A stretch of 64,000 bases of DNA from Minisyncoccota bacterium. GTDB taxonomy: Bacteria; Patescibacteriota; Minisyncoccia; Phycocordibacterales; UBA9973. Below the pieces are notes generated by a model. The model saw only the letters and a list, made by a program, of their open reading frames with translations, was not told where the DNA came from and did no database searches. Each line of letters starts with the position of its first letter. Position 1 is the first letter of the stretch. Positions 9,698-19,134 of the stretch are shown in pieces. The translations under genes were made by a program, and so were the position numbers. Location of the stretch: the NCBI GenBank assembly GCA_041661005.1, contig JBAZVG010000001.1, positions 6,019 through 70,018 on the forward strand, written 5' to 3'.

Positions 9698-9994
9698 CGC
9701 CTCGGGCATTTCCGCTAGGGTGTCCATGACTAAAGGACGAGTGCCTGACCCGAATTGAAATCCAGAAATCGAAAGCGAAAGCGACACACTAAACACAATA
9801 TTGAAAAACGTAGAGTGGGGATGGCGAGGGCAGACTCCGCCAGCAGGCGGAGAGCCCGACCCGGGGAGAGGAAACTTCCTCTCCCCAAGAAGCGCGGGAA
9901 ACCGAACGGCTCATTTCCTGGTATTTGAGCCGTTCCGGTTTTCCCGCTCATAGGCATCTAGGCACTCGTAGCCCTAGCGGAAATGCCCGAGGCG
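9698..9994. repeat. About 300 bp GC-rich nested stem-loop element bounded by a perfect 23 bp inverted repeat
   Basis: cgcctcgggcatttccgctaggg (9698-9720) / ccctagcggaaatgcccgaggcg (9972-9994); second IR 9737-9746/9960-9969; three internal hairpins. Confidence 0.85.
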
Positions 9995-10349
9995 GATGCC
10001 GAGGGTGCACTCTCAAAACTCTCAATAACCACCAAAATAGAAAAATGGTATAATGCCCGAGACAATGTTTTGAATTTTGAATTTGAATTTCTCCTGCGGG
10101 CAGAATTCGGAATCTCGCCAAAAGACACAGCCGAGGAAAATGGAAATCTAAATCCCCAAAATATTTGTTTCCATTTTCCGAGTCCGTTTGAATTAGCACA
10201 TTAGTAGAGCGTGGTAGAAATATTGAAGAAAAGAAAAAAGTGGAGCGTAAACCTTGGTTCGCTTGGAAACTTTTACAAATTTCTGCTAAAGTAGGTTCTA
10301 GCGGTATCGTAAAGGTACTCCCTCGGTCGTAGATCTACGGGCGAGACCA

Positions 10350-10402
10350 GCCGATGTAGCTCAGCTTGCCCCGCCTGAGCTAGGCGGGGTGAAGTAGAGC
10401 AT
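10350..10402 (+). pseudogene. tRNA-Thr 5' fragment interrupted by a palindrome
   Basis: gccgatgtagctcag + ccccgcc-tgagcta-ggcgggg hairpin + gtagagcat, directly before the intact tRNA. Confidence 0.75.
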
Positions 10403-10404
10403 AG

Positions 10405-10477
10405 GCCGATGTAGCTCAGTTGGTAGAGCATCGCTTTCGTAAAGCGAGGGTCGACAGTTCAATCCTGTCCATCGGCT
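10405..10477 (+). tRNA. tRNA-Thr(CGT)
   Basis: Acceptor GCCGATG/CATCGGC; anticodon arm tcgct-ttCGTaa-agcga; TTCAAT T-loop. Confidence 0.95.
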
Positions 10478-10493
10478 CCGCAATAAAAATATC

Positions 10494-11411
10494 ATGGACA
10501 AAGAAAAAGATAAAAATGAAATAGAAAATGAGATAGAAAGACTTGAGGTGCAAATGCTTGCGCCGGATTTTTGGAGTGATAAAGCTAAAGCTCAGAATAT
10601 TTTGAAAGAAATTTCCGATTTGAAAAATAAAAAAGAAGGCTTAGGAAAATACGATAAAGGTAACGCAATTATCACTATAATTTCCGGTGCGGGTGGGGAT
10701 GATGCCGAAGATTTTTCGAGCATGCTTCTCTCAATGTATATGAAGTATGTGAATAAAAAGGGATGGGATATTTCTTTTATTCATGAACACAAGAATGATC
10801 ATAATGGATACAGGAATGTATCTTTTGAAATAAAGGGGAAAAACCCGCCTAGACTCGGCGAGGCTGGTGTTTATGAAACGCTAAAGAACGAGGGAGGGGT
10901 GCATCGTCTTGTGCGGATTTCGCCTTTTAACGCGAAAAAATTAAGACATACTTCTTTTTCCTTGGTTGAAGTTTTACCTAAGTTTTCTAAACTTGAAGAA
11001 CATGATATCGTGATACCCGATGCTGATTTGAAAATTGAATTTGCGCGTTCTTCGGGTCCAGGGGGACAAAATGTTAACAAGAGGGAAACAGCTGTTCGTA
11101 TAGTTCATATCCCTACGGGAATTTCTGTTCACGCATCCGGAGAACGTAGCCAAGAGCAAAATCGTGAACAAGCTATGGCAATTCTCCGAGCGAAAATTTT
11201 CAAAAAGGCCCAAGAAGAAAAAAAATCAGTGGAAGAAAGTATGAAAATAAATAAAGGTACAGAGATAGAATGGGGAAATCAGATTCGCTCATATGTGTTG
11301 CATCCGTATAAAATGGTCAAAGATCATAGGACTGAAGCTGAAACTTCAAATATTGACGCTGTTTTAGATGGAGGACTTGATATTTTCATTGAGGCAGAAA
11401 AGAATTTGTGA
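10494..11411 (+). CDS. prfB: Peptide chain release factor 2 (short domain 1)
   Basis: GVHRLVRISPF, GPGGQNVN, WGNQIRSYV. Confidence 0.95.
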   Translation: MDKEKDKNEIENEIERLEVQMLAPDFWSDKAKAQNILKEISDLKNKKEGLGKYDKGNAIITIISGAGGDDAEDFSSMLLSMYMKYVNKKGWDISFIHEHKNDHNGYRNVSFEIKGKNPPRLGEAGVYETLKNEGGVHRLVRISPFNAKKLRHTSFSLVEVLPKFSKLEEHDIVIPDADLKIEFARSSGPGGQNVNKRETAVRIVHIPTGISVHASGERSQEQNREQAMAILRAKIFKKAQEEKKSVEESMKINKGTEIEWGNQIRSYVLHPYKMVKDHRTEAETSNIDAVLDGGLDIFIEAEKNL

Positions 11412-11419
11412 TAGAATGT

Positions 11420-11569
11420 AATGGAAGCGAAAGTAATTTTTAAAATGCAATCTATCTAGCAAAGCTTTGCTAGCGAACTACTCGTCAATCAAGAAAATAA
11501 TAAATAGAGTACTATTTTTATTTTCTAATTTCCTGTGCAAGGCATTTTAAAAACTCTTTCGTTTCCATT
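11420..11569. repeat. Long-arm stem-loop occupying the ftsE leader
   Basis: aatggaagcgaaagtaatttttaaaatgc (11420-11448) pairs imperfectly with gcattttaaaaactctttcgtttccatt (11542-11569). Confidence 0.7.
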
Positions 11570-11573
11570 TAAC

Positions 11574-12242
11574 ATGATTTATTTCAACAATGTTTCAAAA
11601 GCTTATAGAGATGGGTTAGCATTAGACGATGTTACTTTTACAATCGTCGCTGGAGAGTTTGTCTCTATTGTCGGACATTCAGGCGCTGGCAAGACGACTC
11701 TCACTAAAATGATTTTAGCAGATGAAAATCCTTCAGGTGGGACAGTTTTTTTTGAATCCATCAATGTGCATAAATTAAAAAGCAAAGACTTGACCAAGCT
11801 CCGTAGGCGCATCGGAGTGGTATTTCAAGATTTCAAATTATTGCCAAATAAAACCGCTTACGAAAATATCGCTTTTGCGATGGAAGCAGTCGGCAAGACT
11901 GACGAGGAAATAGCCTCTGATGTTCCACATGTTTTAGAATTAGTTGATTTAAGCCATCGTCTTTTTCACTTTCCAAATCAAATGTCTGGAGGCGAACAGC
12001 AGAGGCTCGCTATCGCTCGCGCTATTATCAATCAGCCCGAGCTTATCATCGCCGATGAGCCGACGGGGAATTTGGATCCGATAAATACGCATGAAATAGT
12101 GCAAATTTTAAAAAAAATAAATGATTTGGGCACTACGGTGATCTTAGCCACCCACAATCGCGGAGTGATCGATTCGATCGGCAAGAGAGTTATTACAATG
12201 GAAAATGGCAAAGTTATTCGAGATACGAAGAATGGGAAATGA
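11574..12242 (+). CDS. ftsE: Cell division ABC ATPase FtsE (likely start MIYFNN)
   Basis: GHSGAGKTT, IGVVFQDFKLL, SGGEQQR, ADEPTGNLD; upstream of ftsX. Confidence 0.93.
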   Translation: MIYFNNVSKAYRDGLALDDVTFTIVAGEFVSIVGHSGAGKTTLTKMILADENPSGGTVFFESINVHKLKSKDLTKLRRRIGVVFQDFKLLPNKTAYENIAFAMEAVGKTDEEIASDVPHVLELVDLSHRLFHFPNQMSGGEQQRLAIARAIINQPELIIADEPTGNLDPINTHEIVQILKKINDLGTTVILATHNRGVIDSIGKRVITMENGKVIRDTKNGK

Positions 12243-12248
12243 ATGATA

Positions 12249-12342
12249 TAATAGACGTGGAATGACTTTTTATCAGGTCCTCGGTTCTCTGGGGCCCCGC
12301 GCCCCAGCCAGACCGTTCTAAAAAGTCATTCCACGTCTATTA
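12249..12342. repeat. Hairpin element: 24 bp perfect inverted arms around a 46 bp GC-rich core
   Basis: Arms 12249-12272/12319-12342; core similar to 51789-51832 inside iscS. Confidence 0.9.
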
Positions 12343-12349
12343 AAATAAC

Positions 12350-13267
12350 ATGACAGAATTAAAAAGAATTATCAAAGCTGGATTTATAAACTTTACCCGA
12401 GGTGGGTTGGTCTCTTTTGCAGCCGTTTTAGTGGTTACGATTACTCTTTCTGTTGTCACTTCCATTATTTTGTTGCAGGCGGTGCTGTATTCTTCACTCA
12501 GCACCATAAAAGACAAAGTGGATGTCGCGATTTATTTTACTGTAGATGCGCCCGAAAACAGGATTATGCTCTTGAAAGAATCTCTCTTGAAACTGCCAGA
12601 AGTGGCAAGCGTTTCCTATACCAGTAGTGAAGAAGCGTTAAGGCTTTTCCGCGCTCGCCATGAAAACGATTACCCGACAATCGCTGCTCTCGACGAGATA
12701 GGTAGCAATCCGCTTGGCGCTTATTTGAATGTCAAAGCGCGGGAGATTTCTCAATATGAAAGTATCGCGAATTTCATGAAAGGGGACAATGCTTTGGTTT
12801 TAGGCTCAGCCAATATCATAGATAAAGTAAATTATTATAAAAATAAGTTAGTGATAGACCGACTGAACTCCATAATATCTGGCGCGCAGAAGCTCGGATT
12901 CCTTGTTACGTTGATTTTAGTAATTATTTCTATTATTATCACTTTCAACACAATCCGGCTGACTATTTTTATCGCTAAAGAAGAAATCGGTGTCATGCGT
13001 CTTGTGGGAGCTTCTAAAATGCGCGTTCAGGGGCCTTTCATGATTGAAGGAGCAATTTATGGCGTTATCGCTACCATCATAACACTAGTCATCTTTTTGC
13101 CGATTACTGCATGGCTCGGGCGCAATATGACGAATTTTTTAGGGTTTGATGTTTACAACTACTACATTTCAAATTTCTTTCAAATTTTTGCAATTATTTT
13201 ATTATCAGGTATACTCTTTGGAGTGATTTCAAGTTTCTTGGCGGTCAGAAGATATTTGGATAAGTAA
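12350..13267 (+). CDS. ftsX: Cell division permease FtsX
   Basis: NTIRLTI...EIGVMRLVGAS...PFMIEG; 4-TM layout. Confidence 0.93.
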   Translation: MTELKRIIKAGFINFTRGGLVSFAAVLVVTITLSVVTSIILLQAVLYSSLSTIKDKVDVAIYFTVDAPENRIMLLKESLLKLPEVASVSYTSSEEALRLFRARHENDYPTIAALDEIGSNPLGAYLNVKAREISQYESIANFMKGDNALVLGSANIIDKVNYYKNKLVIDRLNSIISGAQKLGFLVTLILVIISIIITFNTIRLTIFIAKEEIGVMRLVGASKMRVQGPFMIEGAIYGVIATIITLVIFLPITAWLGRNMTNFLGFDVYNYYISNFFQIFAIILLSGILFGVISSFLAVRRYLDK

Positions 13268-13285
13268 GGTATTACACAATAAAAC

Positions 13286-14932
13286 ATGTCAAAAAAACAA
13301 ACAAAATATATTTTTGTGGCGGGGGGAGTTATGTCTAGTGTCGGCAAAGGCGTTGCGGCCGGTTCTATAGGCAGAATTCTTCAAGCTCGAGGTCTAAAAG
13401 TTACTGCTCTCAAAATCGATCCTTATGTAAACGTTGATGCTGGCACGATGAATCCCACCGAACACGGTGAGGTTTTTGTTTTGGATGACGGGATGGAGTG
13501 TGATCAAGATATGGGTAATTATGAGAGATTTATGGGAGCCAATCTTGACCGAGACAATTACATGACAACGGGTAGTATATATCTTGAAGTTATTCAAAAA
13601 GAAAGAAATCTGGAATATGGTGGAAGATGCGTCCATGTGGTGCCGGATATACCTCTTGAGGTTATTTCGAGAATTCAAAAGGCGGCAAAGAAAGCAAGCT
13701 CGGATGTAGTGATTATCGAAATTGGGGGAACTATCGGTGACTATCAAAATGTTCTTTTTCTCGAGGCGGTGCGAATGCTTAAATTTACAAATCCAAAAGA
13801 CGTCTTACTCGCTCTCGTTACTTATGTACCGACTATTGGTGGAGGAGGTAATGAACTAAAAACGAAGCCTACCCAACACGCTGTGCGTTATTTGAATAGT
13901 TGCGGATTGCATCCGGATTTAGTTCTGGCTCGAGCGCCTGTTTTGATCGACGATAAGCGCAAAGAAAAATTGGAATTTATGTGTGGTTTAGAAAAGGGAA
14001 GCATTATGTCCGCTCCGGATGTGAAAAATATTTATGAAATTCCTATAAATTTTGAAGATGAAGGTTTGACTGATTGGCTTCTTAAAAAACTCAATCTCAA
14101 ACCAAAACAACACGATTTGAAAGAGTGGAGAGCGATGGTTTCCAAAATTAAAAATGCCACCAAACCAGTCCGTGTCGGTGTTGTCGGCAAGTATTTCAGT
14201 ACCGGAGAATTTGTATTGGAAGATTCATATATCTCGGTTTTAGAAGCTATTAAACACGCAGCTGGATCTTTAAACACCAAACCGGAAATAGAATGGATTG
14301 ATGCAGAACAGTTTGAAAAGAATCCGAAATCCTTAAAAGAATTAGACCAATTCAATGGCATAATCGTGCCTGGTGGTTTCGGTAGTCGGGGGATAGAAGG
14401 TAAAATTTCAGTAATTAAATACTGTCGCGAAAACAAGATTCCTTATTTTGGCCTGTGCTACGGAATGCAACTCGCAGTGACTGAATTTGCGCGACATGTG
14501 GTAGGCATGACAGATGCAAACACGACAGAAATAAATCCTGAGACTTCTCATCCAGTTGTCGATATCATGCCGGAGCAAAAAAAGAACCTGAAAGAAAAAA
14601 ATTTTGGCGCGACGATGCGTTTGGGCGCTTATCCCGCAAATCTTAAAAAGGGGAGTATCGCTTTCAATGCATATAATGTTTCTGAAATTTCTGAACGTCA
14701 TCGTCACCGCTACGAAGTAAATCCGGAATACATAGAACAAATACAAAAAGCTGGTTTGGTTTTTTCTGGAACTTCACCAGATGGAAGACTGATGGAAATT
14801 GCCGAGCTTCCTAAAAAAGATCATCCATTTTTCTTGGGCACTCAATTTCATCCGGAGTTAAAATCCAGACCGCTAAATCCGCATCCTCTTTTTGTGGCTT
14901 TCATGAAGGCTTGCGTTGCAAAGAAAAAATAA
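13286..14932 (+). CDS. pyrG: CTP synthase
   Basis: GGVMSSVGKG, KIDPYVNVDAGTM, GLCYGMQ, RHRHRYE, QFHPE. Confidence 0.98.
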   Translation: MSKKQTKYIFVAGGVMSSVGKGVAAGSIGRILQARGLKVTALKIDPYVNVDAGTMNPTEHGEVFVLDDGMECDQDMGNYERFMGANLDRDNYMTTGSIYLEVIQKERNLEYGGRCVHVVPDIPLEVISRIQKAAKKASSDVVIIEIGGTIGDYQNVLFLEAVRMLKFTNPKDVLLALVTYVPTIGGGGNELKTKPTQHAVRYLNSCGLHPDLVLARAPVLIDDKRKEKLEFMCGLEKGSIMSAPDVKNIYEIPINFEDEGLTDWLLKKLNLKPKQHDLKEWRAMVSKIKNATKPVRVGVVGKYFSTGEFVLEDSYISVLEAIKHAAGSLNTKPEIEWIDAEQFEKNPKSLKELDQFNGIIVPGGFGSRGIEGKISVIKYCRENKIPYFGLCYGMQLAVTEFARHVVGMTDANTTEINPETSHPVVDIMPEQKKNLKEKNFGATMRLGAYPANLKKGSIAFNAYNVSEISERHRHRYEVNPEYIEQIQKAGLVFSGTSPDGRLMEIAELPKKDHPFFLGTQFHPELKSRPLNPHPLFVAFMKACVAKKK

Positions 14933-14934
14933 GC

Positions 14935-15720
14935 TTAGAGTTTTAAATCTAATAGCCACTTCAGAAAAAGTTTCACTTCGTTCTGATTTTTCATGTACCA
15001 TTTTGCGGTACTGGTATTAGATTTTCCTACTCTGATAGTGATTCCCTTTGAAAGGGCATAGAATGCATCCTCATCTGTTTTACTGTCACCAATATAGATT
15101 GGCTTAAATTTGATTTTGTTTTTTTTGTTTAAGTATTTTAAGGCCAGTCTAGCTATGTCACCTTTCGTCCAATTTAAGCTAGGGACTATATCAATAGTTT
15201 CCTTATCGTGAAAAATTTTAATCACTGGTCTTTTTCTAACGTTTTTTAAAAATTTTTTTAACCATTTTTTAAAAAATTTCTTATCTTTAACTGGCATTAA
15301 ATGATAATGAAAAGTTACCGAGTATTTTTTTTCTTCTATTATCAACGATGGGTAAGTGTCTTTTATTTTTTTTAGAGTTTCATGAAATTGTTCGAGTTGA
15401 TCTGTTATAAGTTTTGGTAATATTTTATTTTTTAATTTCCCATCAAAATTCCACTCTAAACCATGACTAGCGCCATAGATGAAATTATTAACACCAACTT
15501 TTTTTATTATTACATTAAATGAACGTCCAGTGATGATAACAACCGGAAATACTTTGTTAATTTTTTTTAAAATACTTCGAGTCTCTTTTGTAATATAGGC
15601 ATTTTCAGGTTTTTTCACGATGGGAGATATGGTGCCATCAAAATCAAGCAAAAGAGCAATGTTTTTGTAATTTTTAATTACACCTTCTATTTCATGTAAT
15701 CTGGAGAATATGTACTTCAT
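14935..15720 (-). CDS. otsB: Trehalose-6-phosphate phosphatase
   Basis: HAD motif LDFDGT, ITGRS, HGLE, YIGDSKTDEDAF. Confidence 0.93.
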   Translation of the reverse strand: MKYIFSRLHEIEGVIKNYKNIALLLDFDGTISPIVKKPENAYITKETRSILKKINKVFPVVIITGRSFNVIIKKVGVNNFIYGASHGLEWNFDGKLKNKILPKLITDQLEQFHETLKKIKDTYPSLIIEEKKYSVTFHYHLMPVKDKKFFKKWLKKFLKNVRKRPVIKIFHDKETIDIVPSLNWTKGDIARLALKYLNKKNKIKFKPIYIGDSKTDEDAFYALSKGITIRVGKSNTSTAKWYMKNQNEVKLFLKWLLDLKL

Positions 15721-15725
15721 TAGTT

Positions 15726-17963
15726 TTAAAGTTCAACTATAGCTTTGAGAAGTTCCGCTGCCCAGCGATAAATATTGTAGTTTTTTACGCTACTTCTCAT
15801 AGTTTTCATTCTTCTGGTTTGTTCTACGGGTGCCATAATAATTCCTTTATATATAGCATCACCAATTTCTTTTGTACTATAAGGATTAATAATTAAAGCA
15901 CCTTTAAGGTCATAAGAAGCACCGGTAAATTGACTTAAAATGAGTACCCCCAGCTCATCGTTTCTTTCTGCTACGTATTCTTTAGAAACTAGATTCATAC
16001 CGTCATGTAAAGAAGTAACAACACAAACGTTTGCTAATTTATAAAGTGAGTTGATATCTGGGTGACTGTATTGAATCATTTCAAGAACAATGGGTTGCCA
16101 TTCCTTTGTTCCGAATTTTTTATTGATTCGTTCTGCTTCTCGAGAAACGAGTTCTTTATATTCAAGATACTTTTCAATTTCAGAACGACAAGGTGATGCA
16201 ATTTGTAGAAAAGTAAAATGTTCACGATACTCCGGATGATTTTCAAGAAAATACTCAATACCTTTAAACCGTTCAGGAATTCCTTTAGCATAATCAAGTC
16301 TATCCACTCCGAGTCCTATAAATTTTGTTTTAATTTTTAGATTACTTAGTATTTTTTTACCTGGTAAAGTGGCGTTCTCAGAATCTTGTTCTTTGGTAAA
16401 ATCAACTCCAGTAGGGAATGATCTGATATATGAGGTGTGTTCGTCTTGAGTAATAGCGAATTTGTCAAAATCTATAAGTGACTCGACATTCTTTCCGACT
16501 GTGTCAATAAAATTATTTCCGAACTGTTGTGTATGAAAACCTATAACATCAGCACCAAGCATCCCTGTAAGAATTTCTTTTCTTTGTGGACAAATACTAA
16601 AAGCTTCTGCACTTGGCCATGGAGTATGCCAAAATATACCAATTCGTGCATCTGGACGACTTTTTTTGATCATTTGTGGCAAAAGGGTAAAATGATATTC
16701 GTTAACGATTATGATTGGTCTTTGAACATTTTTTATTTCAGAAAGCAGTATTTTCGCAAATTTTCCATTAACTTTTTTATACTCAATCCAATCTTCTTCC
16801 TTAAATATTGGTCTAGTGTGAGTGTTTAAACAAAGTGGGTATAGTCCCTCTGCTGAATAACTTTTATTGTATCCCTGTTCTTCTTTGTCGGTAAGCCAAA
16901 CTCTTTTTAAAGTATATTTTGGATTATCGGGAGGAACTTTAATAGTGTCATTTTCGTCTACTGTTTCTTTGTCGGCATCACCACTGCCGTGAGCAATCCA
17001 CATTCCTCCACAAGCTTCCATCAGTGGTTCAAGAGCCGTTAGAACTCCACCTGCTTGAGAGAAGTAATAGATACCATCTTTTCCTTTTTTGTGTGTATAT
17101 GGTTCTCCCTTGAAGACTAGAAAAACTTTCTGGTCTTTCAAATACGCTTTTACAAATTCTTTTAATCGTTCCGCTGTCCATGGAGTATCAAGTTTTTCTA
17201 AGCGCATTCGCGCTTCTTCGCTGGCTGACGATCGCGCTTGGAGCAGACTATTTGTCATGTGGGTGATCTCTTTCGCTAAAGGTTTGAAGAAGGAATATTT
17301 CGCTGTATCTTTAAAGATTTCATTTTTTCCACCCATGCGGATTTTTTTGATGGAGTCGACTAGACGAACGACTTGGCGGAAAACAAAGAATCTGAGGATT
17401 ATAAAAATAGTGATTGAGAATATTATTATTTGAACTATCAATCTTATTAGATTTCCTCTCCAAATTTCACCAATGGTTGTATTTATATATCCCGCATTTT
17501 GCACGATCATCAAGGCTCCCAAAATACTGCCCTCATCATTGTGCAATGGATCGACAAATACGTATCGCGATTCTCCGTCCGCGTCAAAAAAATCACTCTT
17601 TGGTGTGTTGCTGTCCATGGCGTCAGAAATTGATTTTGTATTTTCAATTATTGTTTTTGGCAATCCTGAAGAAGTTGCCAGGAGCGTCCCCTTGTTGTCA
17701 TAAAGGGCGATTCCTGCCAATCGTTCACGGTTAGCGAACTTGTTAACGATTTTTTGCAGAGATGTTTGGAGAGTTGCTTCTCCAGAATTGACATACGAAG
17801 GTTCCACCGATTCTTTTAGACTATCAGCTAAAAGTGAAGCTCGTTGTTCCAGGTTGATAGTCAACGTTGCGCGCTCTTCATTGACTTGTTTGAGGTTAAG
17901 AAAAAATGAAACTACAGCCACGGTCACCACCACACTACCGATGATAGCGAAAATATATCTCAT
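15726..17963 (-). CDS. otsA: Trehalose-6-phosphate synthase with N-terminal TM/extracytoplasmic/HAMP-like extension
   Basis: GT20 motifs FWHTPWP, GVDRLDYAKGI, DGMNLVSKEY; about 250 aa sensor-like N-terminus. Confidence 0.93.
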   Translation of the reverse strand: MRYIFAIIGSVVVTVAVVSFFLNLKQVNEERATLTINLEQRASLLADSLKESVEPSYVNSGEATLQTSLQKIVNKFANRERLAGIALYDNKGTLLATSSGLPKTIIENTKSISDAMDSNTPKSDFFDADGESRYVFVDPLHNDEGSILGALMIVQNAGYINTTIGEIWRGNLIRLIVQIIIFSITIFIILRFFVFRQVVRLVDSIKKIRMGGKNEIFKDTAKYSFFKPLAKEITHMTNSLLQARSSASEEARMRLEKLDTPWTAERLKEFVKAYLKDQKVFLVFKGEPYTHKKGKDGIYYFSQAGGVLTALEPLMEACGGMWIAHGSGDADKETVDENDTIKVPPDNPKYTLKRVWLTDKEEQGYNKSYSAEGLYPLCLNTHTRPIFKEEDWIEYKKVNGKFAKILLSEIKNVQRPIIIVNEYHFTLLPQMIKKSRPDARIGIFWHTPWPSAEAFSICPQRKEILTGMLGADVIGFHTQQFGNNFIDTVGKNVESLIDFDKFAITQDEHTSYIRSFPTGVDFTKEQDSENATLPGKKILSNLKIKTKFIGLGVDRLDYAKGIPERFKGIEYFLENHPEYREHFTFLQIASPCRSEIEKYLEYKELVSREAERINKKFGTKEWQPIVLEMIQYSHPDINSLYKLANVCVVTSLHDGMNLVSKEYVAERNDELGVLILSQFTGASYDLKGALIINPYSTKEIGDAIYKGIIMAPVEQTRRMKTMRSSVKNYNIYRWAAELLKAIVEL

Positions 17964-18089
17964 TTGAGTATTTTAATACAAGTTCACTGATAAATCAAGG
18001 GGGAAGATTAAAGAAGCAAGAAATATTCGCAATATTTAGAAAGAAAATAAAAATACAAAATAATACATAAAAATGCTATTATTATGGCT

Positions 18090-18539
18090 ATGGCTCATTA
18101 TGCAGAAAACAGGAAAGCGCATTTTAATTATGAGATCTTGGAAAAATACGAAGCCGGTATTGAACTTTTGGGTTCCGAGGTGAAGTCTGTGCGAGGGGGA
18201 CAAATGTCTCTAGAGGGAGCTTTTGTCATCATCCGCGGGGGCGAGTCATTTTTAATCAATGCCAATGTCCCGCCTTATCAAGCTAAAAATGCGCCAAAGG
18301 ATTACGACGCGCTTCGCAATCGAAAACTTTTGCTTACAAAAAAAGAAATTGTCGAACTTGCAGGAAGTGAGAAGAATAAAAGTTTGACAATTGTGCCAAT
18401 TTCAGTGTATAATAAAGGTAGGAAAATCAAAATAGAAATCGCTTTAGTTAAAGGCAAGAAGAAATTTGATAAACGAGAGACACTCAAGAAACGCGATACT
18501 GATCGCGAGCTTAGACGCGAGATGAGGGGAAAAGAATAA
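18090..18539 (+). CDS. smpB: SsrA-binding protein (start 18084 or 18090)
   Basis: NRKAHFNY, EAGIELLGSEVKS, RKLLL, GKKKFDKRE; adjacent to tmRNA. Confidence 0.97.
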   Translation: MAHYAENRKAHFNYEILEKYEAGIELLGSEVKSVRGGQMSLEGAFVIIRGGESFLINANVPPYQAKNAPKDYDALRNRKLLLTKKEIVELAGSEKNKSLTIVPISVYNKGRKIKIEIALVKGKKKFDKRETLKKRDTDRELRREMRGKE

Positions 18540-18553
18540 AGAACATTGACAAA

Positions 18554-18666
18554 AAAATATTAAAACATCAACTTTTTCCGGTACGGATTTTTTGAAGCTT
18601 AAAAAATCCTGAAGTTTTCGCGCCGTCGCGCTCAAAACCCCTCCAAAAGTTATGTTTTAATATTTT
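18554..18666. repeat. Long-arm hairpin element with tcgcgccgtcgcgctc core
   Basis: 22 bp arms with one bulge (18554-18576/18645-18666); 16 bp core motif shared with 26173-26273. Confidence 0.8.
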
Positions 18667-18676
18667 CATAAAACAT

Positions 18677-19077
18677 GGGGATGCAAGGCATAGACAGTTG
18701 GACTTTTGTCATTGATGCATACTGAGAATGGACGTAATCTCGTAAAAATTCGTCCAATAGCTTAATTGCAAAATTAGCTTCCAAAGTGAAAGCGGCAGTC
18801 TCTCCATACTTCGGTATGAATGACTTTGCTTTCGCTTCAGTTTCCGCTTCGGCGTAACTGATGTCTCTCTTATAGACTTCCGATATATAAGGGCAGGCAC
18901 AATATTATCGGGATAGGAGAAAGACTGTTCTGACTTTCTTTCGAAACAAAGGAACTCGATTAAAAAATATTTGGCTCGTTTAAGAATTTTTTAATTTAAA
19001 CAAAAAAGCGCGCTATGTATGTAGACTTCTTTACAAAAACCTTCTGCACGGGGATTCGATTTCCCCCATCTCCACCA
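18677..19077 (+). ncRNA. ssrA: tmRNA
   Basis: GGGGATG/CATCTCC-ACCA acceptor with G3.U pair, TTCGA T-loop, tag ORF 18768-18857, next to smpB. Confidence 0.93.
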
Positions 19078-19134
19078 AAATTTTACTATCTAAACTGATT
19101 TCTCTTTTTAGATTTTTTATGTTAATCTATACGC

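Noticed and set aside
9602-10204. Short ORFs in the GC-rich intergenic region
   Set aside because: They overlap nested palindromes and show no recognisable protein motifs
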